Part shown: in pieces, positions 20,161 to 30,757 of the stretch
Layout of the letters: each line of letters starts with the position of its first letter
How positions within the stretch are numbered: position 1 is the first letter of the stretch
Assembly: GCA_013815325.1 (NCBI GenBank)
Contig: JACDGM010000003.1
Span: 12,375 to 76,374 of the forward strand
Length of the DNA stretch: 64,000 bases
Source: Chthoniobacterales bacterium
GTDB taxonomy: Bacteria; Verrucomicrobiota; Verrucomicrobiia; Chthoniobacterales; UBA10450
Reading direction: 5' to 3'
Notes under the pieces: generated by a model
The model's database searches: none
What the model saw: only the letters and a program-made list of their open reading frames with translations
What the model was told of the DNA's origin: nothing
Program-made: the position numbers and the translations under genes

Positions 20161-21299
20161 CGGCCCACGTTGCGAATCTCGATCCGTGATGGACTGGCGT
20201 TGCCGAGCCCCATCTGCGCGGCAACCGCGACATGCGCGCCGGTGCGGATGATGGACGGGAATTTCTGCTCTTTCCGCCAGCTTTCGATTTGCCGCCCGGC
20301 GACGGCATCGACCGCAACCGGGTCTTTGCTCGCGTAGAGCGTGTCGAACTGGACGGCGTAATTGGGTTGCGAGAGCGGGCCGCCCGCGTATTCCGCGAGT
20401 AACCCGTCCATGACGTTGAGCACCACCTTGGGGCCAATATGCGGGTCGCTATAAATCTCGGGAATGCTCGCGGCGCCGTAATCGGGCGGAATGCCGAAGC
20501 GGCGCCAATTGTCGATATTCGGAATGGTGACGTTGTAGAGACAACCGGCGATGCCGTTGCGTTCGCTATTGCTCAGGACCGGGACGTTGATGATTTTCGT
20601 CACTTCGTTCGCCACGATTTTGGCCAGATGGCTGACGCTGCTCGTGTTCACCTGGTCGCTCAGGAGCGGCATTTCGCCTTTTCCGCCAATGTAATCGAGA
20701 TCACCCCAAATCAGGTTGCCGAGGAAAGGCGCGGAAATGGTCGCCTTCGGATCATACCCGTCGCGCGGCGGGATCGAGCGCAACTGGTAACCTTCGTTGC
20801 CGGTGTAGCCCGCTTTTTTGATTCCGCCTAACGACCGATCCCAGACGATGATGCTCGGGCGCGATTGCCCGGCCGCGACGAGGCCGTCGACAAGGGCGTT
20901 CACGACGTCGCGGTGGGTGGTGAAGATCTCGCCGCCCGCCGCGGATATTTTGATGCCGACTTTGTCGTTAGGCGAAACAAGCGAGCGCCAGGCGCGGGCG
21001 GCATCCGGCTGGTGGGTGACCGCGAGGAGCAGCTCGTTGACCATCCGCCTAACGATAAGCGGATCGCTCTGGTAGCCGTGCATGGCGTCGGCATCGTAGG
21101 CGCGATAGACGATCGAAGAGGCTGGCACCGTCGGGACTGGCGCCTGCGCGAAAGCGGTTGAAGCGCAGAAAAGAAGAGGCCCACACCCGACGCTGACGGC
21201 CAGAAAAGCGATTGAGCGAGAGAGGCGAGCGGCGATGGTGGAGTCTATGGACGAGAGCGGGGATGACAACTGCGCGGGGGAGAACGTGGTGCGGCACAT
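20157..21299 (-). CDS. Secreted DUF362-like protein
   Basis: It has a signal-like N-terminus. VGIKISAAGGEIFTTHRDVV.ALVDGL...IIVWDRS resembles DUF362 proteins, but this is a weak call. The ORF overlaps the divergent hemW ORF by 65 nt, so one start is mis-set. Confidence 0.45.
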   Translation of the reverse strand: MCRTTFSPAQLSSPLSSIDSTIAARLSRSIAFLAVSVGCGPLLFCASTAFAQAPVPTVPASSIVYRAYDADAMHGYQSDPLIVRRMVNELLLAVTHQPDAARAWRSLVSPNDKVGIKISAAGGEIFTTHRDVVNALVDGLVAAGQSRPSIIVWDRSLGGIKKAGYTGNEGYQLRSIPPRDGYDPKATISAPFLGNLIWGDLDYIGGKGEMPLLSDQVNTSSVSHLAKIVANEVTKIINVPVLSNSERNGIAGCLYNVTIPNIDNWRRFGIPPDYGAASIPEIYSDPHIGPKVVLNVMDGLLAEYAGGPLSQPNYAVQFDTLYASKDPVAVDAVAGRQIESWRKEQKFPSIIRTGAHVAVAAQMGLGNASPSRIEIRNVGR

Positions 21300-22380
21300 T
21301 TACGTGCACATTCCTTTTTGCGCGCGGATTTGTCCCTACTGCGCATTCTACAAAGAGCGCGCTGATCCGGCGCAGACCGGGCGGTTTTGCAAGTCGATTT
21401 TGGGTGAGCTGGGCGCGTCTCGGACCAACTGTTTCAAACCCCGCACGATCTTTTTTGGCGGCGGCACTCCCACTGCCCTAACGACGACTCAAGTTGCTTT
21501 GCTCCTCGACGGGTTTCACGAGCTGCTCGATTTGTCGGAACTGACGGAATGGACCTTCGAGGCGAATCCGGGAAGCGTCTCGGAACGCAAAGCGCTGCTG
21601 CTGCGCGAGCGAGGCGTCAACCGCATCAGCCTCGGCGTCCAATCGTTTGATGACCGGCTGCTCGAGTTGCTTGGCCGGGATCATTCGGCCGCGCAGGCCG
21701 AAGTCTCCTTCAAACTGCTGCGGCGCGCCGGCTTCGAGAATCTGAACATCGACCTGATGTTTGGCTTGCCCGGACAGACGCTGGAGCAGTGGACCCAAAC
21801 GTTGCGGCGCGCTGTGGCACTGCAGCCCGACCATGTCTCCGCATATTGTTTGACCTACGAAGAGGACACCGACTTTTTCCTGCGCCATGCACGCGGAGAA
21901 TTTCGGGTCGATGCGGAAACGGACGCGACTTTTTTTGAGACGACCACCGAGGTGCTGGCAAAGGCTGGACTGGCGCAGTATGAGATCTCGAACTTTGCCC
22001 GATCCGGCTTCGAGTCGGTGCATAATCGGGCTTACTGGCAGGGCGAAAATTATCTCGGCATCGGGCCGAGCGCAGTTTCGACCGTGGGGCTGCGGCGCTG
22101 GCAGAACGTCTGCGACTATCGCGCGTATGCCGATCGCGTTGCCGCCGGAGAAAGTGCCTCCACGGGTGACGAAATCTTGACACCGAAAATGAAGCGCGCG
22201 GAAGCAATCGCGCTCGGGCTGCGCACTGGAGCGGGCATTCCCGCGCAATGGATGACGAATTGGCCTAACGAAGTCGCGGAGTTCGTCGATCTCGGGCTGA
22301 TGCAGCGCGACGCGCGGCGCGTTGTGCTCACACCTTCTGGACGATTACTCGCGGACTCGGTTGCGGAAGCTTTTGTGTGA
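21235..22380 (+). CDS. hemW: Radical-SAM HemW/HemN-like heme chaperone (coproporphyrinogen III oxidase family)
   Basis: CxxxCxxC motif HIPFCARICPYCAFY. The more likely start is the in-frame GTG at 21286. Confidence 0.8.
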   Translation: MVESMDESGDDNCAGENVVRHIYVHIPFCARICPYCAFYKERADPAQTGRFCKSILGELGASRTNCFKPRTIFFGGGTPTALTTTQVALLLDGFHELLDLSELTEWTFEANPGSVSERKALLLRERGVNRISLGVQSFDDRLLELLGRDHSAAQAEVSFKLLRRAGFENLNIDLMFGLPGQTLEQWTQTLRRAVALQPDHVSAYCLTYEEDTDFFLRHARGEFRVDAETDATFFETTTEVLAKAGLAQYEISNFARSGFESVHNRAYWQGENYLGIGPSAVSTVGLRRWQNVCDYRAYADRVAAGESASTGDEILTPKMKRAEAIALGLRTGAGIPAQWMTNWPNEVAEFVDLGLMQRDARRVVLTPSGRLLADSVAEAFV

Positions 22381-22397
22381 CCGCACGAGATCAGCAA

Positions 22398-22892
22398 TCA
22401 CTCTTCTTCGCCCGCGCTCGTCTCGCCTGATTCCGTTTCCGGTCGAATCCCGTCCTCTTCCATCTTGCGCAGGACGTCGCTCATGTCGTCGACCTCGTCC
22501 CAGACTTCCTGGCTGACATAAATCTGCGCTTTTTGCTGCACCGCCATGGCGATGCAATCGCTCGGCCGCCCATCGAGCTCGACGATTTTTTTCTGCTGCA
22601 GCTCGTTCTCGGCGCGGATGATCATGCGCGCGTAATAGGTCGCATTTTTGAGGTCGTTGATGATGATGCGTTCCACCCGGGCGCCGAGCGCGGTCATGAG
22701 ATGGCCCATTAAGTCGTGCGTCAGCGGCCGCTCTTTCATCGTGCCGCGCATGAACATCGTGATGGCGCTCCCGACGCTTTGGTCGACGTAAATGATGAAG
22801 ACTTTGTCGGCGTTGCCGAGGAAGACCGCGCACCCGCCGCTCGTCGGTAGAACTGCGCGCACCTGGACCTCGATGACTGTTTTATTCATCAA
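22398..22892 (-). CDS. Bifunctional nuclease (BFN/DUF151) family protein
   Basis: PLTHDLM..., ARMIIRAENE..., LDGRPSDCIAMAV pattern; acidic tail. Confidence 0.7.
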   Translation of the reverse strand: MMNKTVIEVQVRAVLPTSGGCAVFLGNADKVFIIYVDQSVGSAITMFMRGTMKERPLTHDLMGHLMTALGARVERIIINDLKNATYYARMIIRAENELQQKKIVELDGRPSDCIAMAVQQKAQIYVSQEVWDEVDDMSDVLRKMEEDGIRPETESGETSAGEEE

Positions 22893-23023
22893 GCCGATGG
22901 TACCCGCGCCGTGGCGAAAAACAAGAATGCGCCAAATCGAGGCGACCCCGGCGCGCCGCTCCCGGATTTGTTTTTCCCGCGCGCTTGCATGTCGGGCGCG
23001 CTGATTGAATATCGCTTCTGCCC

Positions 23024-25000
23024 GTGCCCGCTCCCGAAAAATCCAAGCCCGATTGGGACGTCGACGCCGCCATCGCCACCTACAATGTGGAGGGCTGGGG
23101 GACCGGTTACTTTTCCGTAAACAGCGCCGGAAATGTCGTGGCGAAGCCGCTCAAAAACGCCGGTGGCGCGATCGATCTGCTCGAGGTCGTGAACGAAGCG
23201 CGCGAGCGGGGGCTCAGCTTTCCGCTCGTCATTCGATTCCAGGATTTGCTCCGGCATCGCGTGGAAACGGTTAACCGCTCATTCCAGGCAGCGATCCAGG
23301 AGTTCGGTTATCGGAACGAATATCGCGGGGTTTTTCCGATCAAAGTCAACCAGCTGCGCGAGGTGATCGAGGAAATCGTCGATGCCGGGGCGCAGTTTCA
23401 TTTTGGGCTCGAAGCCGGAAGCAAACCGGAATTGGTCGCGGCGCTCGCGATGCATCAGGACCCGGAGAGTTTGATCGTCTGCAACGGCTACAAGGATCGC
23501 GATTTTATTCGCACCGCGATGTTGGGGCGGCGGCTCGGCAAGCTGGTCATTGTCGTGGTGGAAAAACTCGAAGAGCTCGAGCAGACCCTGCGGGTGGCGA
23601 AGGAGGTGGGGGTCGAGCCGCTCATCGGCATCCGCGTGCGGCTGCACAGCAAAGGCTTTGGCAAATGGACGACGAGCGGCGGCGAGAACGCGAAATTCGG
23701 CTTGAGCACGACGAACCTGGTGGCCGCGAGCGAGATGTTGAAAAGCGTGGGGCTGGCGGATTCTTTGAAGCTGGTCCATTTCCACGTTGGCTCGCAGGTG
23801 CCGGACATTTCGACGATCAAGCGCGCGGTCCGGGAGGCGGCGCGTTATTACGCGAAGCTTTCGCAGATGGGCCACTCGTTAGGCTATCTTGATGTCGGCG
23901 GCGGCCTGGGGGTGGATTATGACGGCTCGCGTACCAGTTTCGACAGCTCCACCAATTACTCGCTCCAGGAATACTGTAACGATGTCGTTTACAATATCAT
24001 GGAGGTCTGCGACTCCGAAAACGTCGCCCATCCGGCGATTGTGAGCGAAGGCGGGCGCGCGATTGTGGCCCATCACTCGGTGCTCGTGGTCGAGTCGTTT
24101 GGTTCGATCGAGAAAGACGTCCAGGTGCGCCCGATCGAAGCGACGGCGAGCGATCCGAAACCGCTGCGCGACATCCTCGAAGTGAAGGGAAAACTGAAGC
24201 GCGCCAATCGCATCGAGACGCTGCACGACGCGCAGCAGATCAAAGAGGAGACGCAGCAGATGTTCAACCTCGGTCTGCTCGATCTCGAATCGAAGGCTAA
24301 GATCGAGTCGGCCTACTGGCAGCTTGCGGCGCAGATCGTGGCGCTGCACCGCGGACTAAAATATGTGCCCGAGGAAGTGAAAGAGCTGGAGACTTCGCTA
24401 AGCGATCAATACATCTGCAACTTCTCCGTTTTCCAATCGCTCCTCGATCATTGGGCGCTCGGCCAGCTCTTCCCGATCATGCCGATCCATCGCCTCACGA
24501 CAGCGCCCGATCGCAATGGCACGCTCGTCGACATCACCTGCGATTCCGACGGAAAGATCAACAAGTTTACCGACCTCCAGGATGTGAAGGAGACGCTCCC
24601 GCTTCATCGGATCACGCCCGGGGAGATTTACTATCTCGGGGTATTTTTGGTCGGCGCCTACCAGGACATCATGGGCGACCTGCACAATTTGTTTGGCCGC
24701 GTCACCGAGGTGCACGTCTTTCTCGATGAAGACGAGGAATCGGGCTGGTATATCGAGGAAGTGATCGAGGGAAGCACGATCGGGCAGGTGCTGGCGCTGA
24801 CGCAGTGGGACAAGATCGAGCTCATGCGGCTGGTAAAAAAGCAGGTGGACGCGGCGATCAAAAGCGACCGGCTCAAGCCTAACGACGCCATGAAATTGCT
24901 GGCGGATTACGAGCGTGGGTTGCAGGGCTATACCTATCTCTCGCTCGACGGGACGAACGTGGCGCCAGCGCCGGTCGTGGTTGCTTCCCTAAGCAACTAG
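23024..25000 (+). CDS. speA: Biosynthetic arginine decarboxylase
   Basis: 658 aa with WDVDAAIATYNVEGWGTGYFSVNSAGNV, FPIKVNQ and YLDVGGGLGVDYDG. Confidence 0.9.
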   Translation: MPAPEKSKPDWDVDAAIATYNVEGWGTGYFSVNSAGNVVAKPLKNAGGAIDLLEVVNEARERGLSFPLVIRFQDLLRHRVETVNRSFQAAIQEFGYRNEYRGVFPIKVNQLREVIEEIVDAGAQFHFGLEAGSKPELVAALAMHQDPESLIVCNGYKDRDFIRTAMLGRRLGKLVIVVVEKLEELEQTLRVAKEVGVEPLIGIRVRLHSKGFGKWTTSGGENAKFGLSTTNLVAASEMLKSVGLADSLKLVHFHVGSQVPDISTIKRAVREAARYYAKLSQMGHSLGYLDVGGGLGVDYDGSRTSFDSSTNYSLQEYCNDVVYNIMEVCDSENVAHPAIVSEGGRAIVAHHSVLVVESFGSIEKDVQVRPIEATASDPKPLRDILEVKGKLKRANRIETLHDAQQIKEETQQMFNLGLLDLESKAKIESAYWQLAAQIVALHRGLKYVPEEVKELETSLSDQYICNFSVFQSLLDHWALGQLFPIMPIHRLTTAPDRNGTLVDITCDSDGKINKFTDLQDVKETLPLHRITPGEIYYLGVFLVGAYQDIMGDLHNLFGRVTEVHVFLDEDEESGWYIEEVIEGSTIGQVLALTQWDKIELMRLVKKQVDAAIKSDRLKPNDAMKLLADYERGLQGYTYLSLDGTNVAPAPVVVASLSN

Positions 25001-25131
25001 CTTTGCGCGAGGCAAAAGACCTCTGTAGGACATCGCTCGAAGCGCGAGGGAAGATCGGCGCTTCCCAGAGGGAAGGCGTCTACAAGTGCAGCCTTCGGCG
25101 AAATTCGGTTCGTTAGGCGAAAGGCCACTGA

Positions 25132-26943
25132 CTATTGTAGATTGTAAACCTCGACCAGAGCAACCCCGGTGCCGCCATCTTTCCCACGCACCACCGCGGT
25201 GTAATTGCCCGGCTCAAGCGCGCGAATGAGCGCCGACTCCGCGTCATTCGTCGGCGCGAGGCCGGTTGATTGAATGAGCGACTCCTGCGCGTCGCGCCAA
25301 TTATCGTCGCTCCGAATGACGGCGCCGTTCTCGTCGTAAAGATCAAGCGTCGGATCGGCCAGAGGATTGCCGACGCCAGGCCCCGCGAGGGACGGCCCGA
25401 TCGCCCTAACGACGACGGTATCGCTTCCGCCGTTGCCGACGATAAAGCCGGCAATCAAAACATCGTCCCCCGTCTGCACGAGGCCCCGCGTGCTCGTGTT
25501 CGCGAGCGTAGATTGGACAGCCGTGTCGAGATCGTACACTTCCACCAGCCCATTGCCGGTGCCGTTGTTTTTTCCGCTCAGGATGACGGTGTAACTGCCT
25601 GGATCAACTGTCATGACGATTGCGGATTCGAGGTCGTTGCTTGGGGCCAGACCGGTCGCTTCGATCGCGGCCTGTTGCGTTGCTTTCCAGTTGTCGTTCG
25701 TTTTAATGAGCGTCCCCTCGTGAAAAAGTTGGAGCTTCGGGTCGGCCAGCGTGTTGGGGAGCGGCGTGCCTTTGACCGCGAGAGAAGGTCCGAGCCCCCT
25801 AACGAGGATTTTTTTCGCTCCCGTGCCAGTGACAATGAGGCCGTCGATGAGAACATTTTCGCCCGTGCCGACATCAAGCCGGGAGGAGAGGTTGAGCGCT
25901 TGCGCGGGAGGTTTCGCCGTGCCGCTGAGCAAATCGAAAGCCGCGGAGGCGATCTGAAAATGCCCCGCGGTCGTCGGGTGAATATCGTCCCAGAAAAGAT
26001 ATTGATCAGGGCTGGTGTTTCCGCCTTGCGCGCTGTCGGTGATGTTGGTGAAACCGTAATCTTCCGGATTCGCGGCGAGGCGGTAGAAGAGTCCGTAAAC
26101 GTCGAGGCGATAAAGCGTGATCGTGATTCCTTCGCCAGCGAGCGTTTTGATGGCGGCGTCGAGATCGGTATTCAGCTGCGCCCGGTAATCAGCGGAGGCC
26201 GCGTTCAAGGCGGCCGCGGTCACGGGATCGTCTTTGTAATGCGGGATGAGGCCGAGCGGCGGGACGTTCGGGACGAGAATGCTGCGCGCTCCGGCACGCG
26301 CCAGTTGTTTGACCAGCTCGGAAACATTCGTCGCCGTCGCCGTGACATTATCCGCGCTGTCGTCGTCGAAGAAATCGTTGCCGCCGCCCCAAACGATGTA
26401 AAGCGCGCCCGCATCCGCAGTATTGGCGGCGAGATAATCGTCCACCTGTTTGCCGAGGTTATCGACATCGATCGTCAATTCGCCGCCGATGAATGGATCT
26501 GGATTGGAGAGGACGGTGCGCGCGCTGGTTCCGTCCGCCGTGGTGGCCCCGCCGAAGGCATAATTGGTGCCGCCATCGAGACTGTTGGTGATCGCGGGCA
26601 GGCCAAGAAAATCGCGCTCCAACTGCTCATGCCAGGTGCCGGCATACTTCTCAGACCCTGGATCGGTATCAGAGCTGTTGGTGAAACGGCCATCGCTGTA
26701 ATTGTAAGTGCCGCCGGGATAACTGATGCCATAGGCGTCTTCCAACCGATGCCTGATGTTGCCGTTGTCGGACAAGCTGTCGCCGAAAACGACGACTTGC
26801 GTAAAGACCGGCGCGGTTTGCCCAAACCCGTTAGGCGTGGCGACGAGCAGGGCGAATAGGAAGGCTGGAAGAGAAAAGCGAGATAAAATCATGAGCTTGA
26901 TAGTTGGCAGCAGGGAGCAGGATGGATGCCGCGAATCAACCAA
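25132..26943 (-). CDS. Secreted SGNH/GDSL hydrolase with two about-125-aa C-terminal repeat domains
   Basis: It has a signal peptide, block I VVVFGDSLSDNGN and block V WDDIHPTTAGH. The repeats begin NLSSRLDVGTGENVLIDGLIV and NTSTRGLVQTGDDVLIAGFIV. Confidence 0.8.
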   Translation of the reverse strand: MVDSRHPSCSLLPTIKLMILSRFSLPAFLFALLVATPNGFGQTAPVFTQVVVFGDSLSDNGNIRHRLEDAYGISYPGGTYNYSDGRFTNSSDTDPGSEKYAGTWHEQLERDFLGLPAITNSLDGGTNYAFGGATTADGTSARTVLSNPDPFIGGELTIDVDNLGKQVDDYLAANTADAGALYIVWGGGNDFFDDDSADNVTATATNVSELVKQLARAGARSILVPNVPPLGLIPHYKDDPVTAAALNAASADYRAQLNTDLDAAIKTLAGEGITITLYRLDVYGLFYRLAANPEDYGFTNITDSAQGGNTSPDQYLFWDDIHPTTAGHFQIASAAFDLLSGTAKPPAQALNLSSRLDVGTGENVLIDGLIVTGTGAKKILVRGLGPSLAVKGTPLPNTLADPKLQLFHEGTLIKTNDNWKATQQAAIEATGLAPSNDLESAIVMTVDPGSYTVILSGKNNGTGNGLVEVYDLDTAVQSTLANTSTRGLVQTGDDVLIAGFIVGNGGSDTVVVRAIGPSLAGPGVGNPLADPTLDLYDENGAVIRSDDNWRDAQESLIQSTGLAPTNDAESALIRALEPGNYTAVVRGKDGGTGVALVEVYNLQ

Positions 26944-27018
26944 AGTGAAAGGGCGCTATCGATCGCTCCGGCGATGATTGGCGGGCGATTGCCCGGCACG
27001 GCCTTCAGGGGAAGTCAT

Positions 27019-27744
27019 TCATCGCGGCCCGATAACTGACGGGGAGAACAGCGCTGCCAGTCGTTCGATCGTGAGCACGTCAAGCCGCCTGACGACGATA
27101 TCTGCCGCGGAAAGCTCACCGGCTGGATGGGTGGTGGCGACGGCGACAACCTTCATGCTGGCCATGTGCGCCGCTTCGATCCCGACATGGGCATCCTCGA
27201 AAACGACGCAGCGTTCCCGCGCAAGGCCTAGACGTTCCGCCGCTTTTTCGAAAACTTCCGGATGAGGCTTCCCCTGCACAACATCTTCGGCCGAGACGAT
27301 TTCGCGGAAAGCTTCCTGCAACCCGATTCGCTCGAGCACCGCGGCGATGTTCAAGCGCTGCGTCGAAGAGGCCACCGCGCACGGCACACCGGCTTCCCGC
27401 AATCGATGGAGCCATTCCACCACGCCCGGCAGCGGCGCGATCTCAGCCTGCGCGACGATCTCGCGGTAAAGCGCTTCTTTGCGATTCGTTAGGCGGGAAA
27501 TCTCTTCCGCTTCCGTTGCCCAACGATGAATTTGTTCGATGATCCGCGCGCTTTTCATTCCGAATCCGCGAATGAAACTTTGCGGCGCGATCGTTTTCCC
27601 AAGCTCAGCGGCGAGCCGATGCCAGCTCTGCTCGTGCAGGCGCGCCGAATCGATGATGACGCCGTCCCAATCGAAGATTGCGCCGAAGGGAATTGCTACT
27701 TGTTGATTCGCAGAAGGCGGATCAGAAATCAGCAATCCGTTCAC
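27019..27744 (-). CDS. HAD-IA family hydrolase (beta-phosphoglucomutase-like)
   Basis: Motif I AIFDWDGVIIDS; FEDAHVGIEAAH. Confidence 0.75.
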   Translation of the reverse strand: MNGLLISDPPSANQQVAIPFGAIFDWDGVIIDSARLHEQSWHRLAAELGKTIAPQSFIRGFGMKSARIIEQIHRWATEAEEISRLTNRKEALYREIVAQAEIAPLPGVVEWLHRLREAGVPCAVASSTQRLNIAAVLERIGLQEAFREIVSAEDVVQGKPHPEVFEKAAERLGLARERCVVFEDAHVGIEAAHMASMKVVAVATTHPAGELSAADIVVRRLDVLTIERLAALFSPSVIGPR

Positions 27745-29261
27745 GGCAGCCGTTGCATCGCGGGCAATCCGTAATTTCTCTGTAACGCTTCCGCATCAGC
27801 CGCGGCCTCGGTCGCGTTGAGCTCGAGCTGTTTCGGATCGTCGTGAGTCTCGATCACGTGGAAGCCGTTGACCGGAGTCTTGACCGCTTCGGCCAGGTCG
27901 CTCATCGACTTCACTTCTTTGCCGTTGACCTTTTTCACCACGAGATAGCTGAAATCATCATAACCGATCGTGCTATTGGCCGGCAGCACCTGACTAAGGA
28001 TTACCACTCGCTGGTGGCCCTCTGGGAAGAGTTCCGACTGGAAGCGGTCGAGATAGACGAAATCCTGCGGCGCGTCCTTCTGCCAGTTTCCTCCCCACTC
28101 TTTCAAATACTGGCGGGAAAGCTCCTGAAAAATCAGCCCGCCCAGTACGTAATACGCTGGCGGTTCATCGAGGTTGTAGGGCGGCACGACGTAGTCCTGC
28201 GCGGCGCGATGCTCCAGTTTTACATTCAAGGTCAGCGGCTTCCCGCCGCGTTGCACGTGGAGCGGGACGACGTCCCCGACGTAGGCCTTGGCACCGAGCA
28301 GATTGCTGAATTGAATCTTGCCATAAAGCGGATCGACGTAGTTGCCATTCTCATCGATCTCGTGCTCACCGACCGCAGTCACGATATCGCCCAGCTGCAC
28401 CCCGGCTTTCGCGGCGGGGAGATTAGGCTCGACGGAGGTAATATAAACGCCGCCGGTTTTTCCGGTCTGGCCCGCGTAGTCGCGCAGCTCTGGATCGCGG
28501 GTCGGGAAGAAGGAAATGCCTAACGAAGGAAAACCTTGATATTTCGCGCTCTCCGCGTCCTTCAGGAAATGCGCGATAATTGGCGCCGGGATTGCATCCA
28601 GCACCTGCGTGCGGGGATCGAAACGGAGGAGCAACGCAGCCAGCTTCTGGCCTTTGACGAGCGGCACCGTGTAACTGTTGTCGCGATACTGCATCGGGAT
28701 GCTCAGCCGGTAGGTGAGGAATTCGCTTACGTCCGCCGGATACATCGTGACCCCAACAGTGGTCACCAGCCCTTCGGTCACAACAAGCGTGCCGCTCGAT
28801 TCCAACTGCCAGGCCGCGAGTCGATCGCCGACGACGGTGTCGAGCGCCAGCTCAAGCGGTTGCAAACCTTCTAGGAATTTCTTATCCGTCGGCTCGAGCA
28901 ACGCGAGGTTCGCTTCGTAGTCGACCACCACCACATTGGCCGCGGTCTTCTCGCCGGATTCGGCTCGCTCCAGCTCAACGTAATTTTGATTCGCGACCAG
29001 ATCGGCAGTCACGAGCACATGGCCATGCGGTAGGACTGCGCCGAGAGCGCGCTTCGAAAAGGGCGCCTTCTTTTGCCACGGTCGAAAATAATCGAACGGC
29101 TGCCCGGTCACGTTTACTCGGACTAACGACACTTCCTTGGCCTGAATCACGCCTTGCGACATGGCCGGCAACTTCGGCGAGGGGACGGGCGGCTTCTTCG
29201 CCTGCAACGGGAGGACGCCGGCGAGCAAAGCGATCAGGAAAATGAGAGAGGCAGCTTTCAC
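27741..29261 (-). CDS. DegP/S1C-like PDZ protein, catalytic His and Asp apparently substituted
   Basis: It has a signal peptide. By eye against its neighbour, VLVTADLVAN aligns with ILTNAHVVSN (His to Asp) and VDYEANLALL aligns with VAHDCDLALI (Asp to Asn). YRDNSYTVPL lies where INPGNSGGPV is expected. Confidence 0.65.
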   Translation of the reverse strand: MKAASLIFLIALLAGVLPLQAKKPPVPSPKLPAMSQGVIQAKEVSLVRVNVTGQPFDYFRPWQKKAPFSKRALGAVLPHGHVLVTADLVANQNYVELERAESGEKTAANVVVVDYEANLALLEPTDKKFLEGLQPLELALDTVVGDRLAAWQLESSGTLVVTEGLVTTVGVTMYPADVSEFLTYRLSIPMQYRDNSYTVPLVKGQKLAALLLRFDPRTQVLDAIPAPIIAHFLKDAESAKYQGFPSLGISFFPTRDPELRDYAGQTGKTGGVYITSVEPNLPAAKAGVQLGDIVTAVGEHEIDENGNYVDPLYGKIQFSNLLGAKAYVGDVVPLHVQRGGKPLTLNVKLEHRAAQDYVVPPYNLDEPPAYYVLGGLIFQELSRQYLKEWGGNWQKDAPQDFVYLDRFQSELFPEGHQRVVILSQVLPANSTIGYDDFSYLVVKKVNGKEVKSMSDLAEAVKTPVNGFHVIETHDDPKQLELNATEAAADAEALQRNYGLPAMQRLP

Positions 29262-30757
29262 TGGTTTATTCTTGTAGCGACGGCAGGTTTGGCTGGCGGC
29301 TGTTCGTCGAGATTCTGTTCGGAGAGAACGTTGTAGCGCGTTTTGATCCGCTCGTGCGCTTCGTCTACCTGCTTCGCGTCGAGCACGAGCGGCGGCCCGT
29401 CACCCACCATCTTCACGACGTAACGCTCCGCCGGCTGCTCGAACGCCCGCGCCAAATCCTCAAGTGTGCCGATTTTTTTGTCATTGATTTCATCCACAAT
29501 CCCGGACCGATAGGGCATGAGGTAGCTATTGATCGGGTCCGGCAGAATGTTCGTTAGGATGATCACCTCCGGGTGCTGCAAATAGATTTGTTCCGAGACG
29601 AAGAAGTCGAAGAAATGCCGCACGCGCAGATCGCTGATGCGGTAGGCCTCGAGGAGATCGAGCGACATCGGCTGGAAAAGCAGCCCGCCGAAAACAACAT
29701 AGCGCGGGCGCACATCGTAGCTGTGCCCCTGCATGAAATAGGGCCAGACCGAGCCTAACGTGATCTCGACGTTGCTCTGCTGCTGGTTGCGCAGGAGATC
29801 GAGCTTCACCTTGTCGCCTTTAAATTTTCGCTCCACCACCTCGGGCATTTGCACCCGTTCGCCCTCGTATTCGACAAAAGCGTCGCTCGCGATCGGGTGC
29901 CCATCGATCGCTAGCAGGACGTCGCCGCTTTGTAACACTTTGCCGCACGGCCCGGCGTCGATCACCGTCCCGACGAGCACACCGCGGTCGTCATCTTTCA
30001 ATCCGAGGTAGTGGCGTTGCGCCGGATTTTGCAGCTTAAAATAGGTGATGCCCAGATCGACGTAGCGATCGTAATGGCCATCCTCGATGTCCTTGAGGAA
30101 GCGGCGAATCACCGGCGTCGGAATCATGTAAGCGACCCCTTGGGCGATATCACCGCTGTAGCCTTGAAAGGCGACGCCGACGACTTTGCCGCTCTGCATG
30201 ACCGGACCGCCGCTGTTGCCCGGATTGATCTGTGCGCTGATCTGAACGGCGAGATGCTGATCGATCGCGGAGTGCGTATAGAGATTGAAATCGATCCGCG
30301 AAACAATGCCGGTGGTGACCGACATGCGCTCGCCGCCGATCGGATAACCATAGGCCGAGACTGTCGATTCGAGCGACGGAATGCCGCCGAAATCGAGTGG
30401 CTTCATCCCTTTCCAGAAATTCGGATTGGCTACCCGGATAAGCGCGAGATCGCAATCGTGCGCCACGAAAAGGACGGTCGCGGAATATTTATTCGGATCG
30501 CCTTCGCGCTCGACCGTGAGATAGCGGCTATTGCTCACGACGTGCGCGTTCGTGAGGATGCGCTGGCCGCCGATCACAAACCCCGCACCGACGCCGCGGC
30601 CGATCGAGCCCGAGTTCCACGGCGCGCGATAATCGGGCTCCACCTCCGTCGCCGTGATACGCACGAGGCTGCTCTGGATTTGGCCATTCGGCTGGGCGTG
30701 CGCGCCGGTAGCGACGAAAAACACGAGGGCGGAGAAGAAAAAACGAAGTCGGTACAT
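29258..30757 (-). CDS. Trypsin-like serine protease (S1C, DegP/Deg9-like) with PDZ domain
   Basis: Complete triad context: TNAHVV, HDCDLALIRV, INPGNSGGPV. I moved the start to Met-30 (30757) because MYRLRFFFSALVFFVATGAHA is a signal peptide. Confidence 0.8.
   Translation of the reverse strand: MYRLRFFFSALVFFVATGAHAQPNGQIQSSLVRITATEVEPDYRAPWNSGSIGRGVGAGFVIGGQRILTNAHVVSNSRYLTVEREGDPNKYSATVLFVAHDCDLALIRVANPNFWKGMKPLDFGGIPSLESTVSAYGYPIGGERMSVTTGIVSRIDFNLYTHSAIDQHLAVQISAQINPGNSGGPVMQSGKVVGVAFQGYSGDIAQGVAYMIPTPVIRRFLKDIEDGHYDRYVDLGITYFKLQNPAQRHYLGLKDDDRGVLVGTVIDAGPCGKVLQSGDVLLAIDGHPIASDAFVEYEGERVQMPEVVERKFKGDKVKLDLLRNQQQSNVEITLGSVWPYFMQGHSYDVRPRYVVFGGLLFQPMSLDLLEAYRISDLRVRHFFDFFVSEQIYLQHPEVIILTNILPDPINSYLMPYRSGIVDEINDKKIGTLEDLARAFEQPAERYVVKMVGDGPPLVLDAKQVDEAHERIKTRYNVLSEQNLDEQPPAKPAVATRINQ

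Noticed and set aside
25270-26859. 529-aa ORF on the plus strand
   Set aside because: It is antisense to the GDSL hydrolase gene, which has clear catalytic blocks and a signal peptide. The shadow ORF is Arg/Gly-rich with no recognisable domain.
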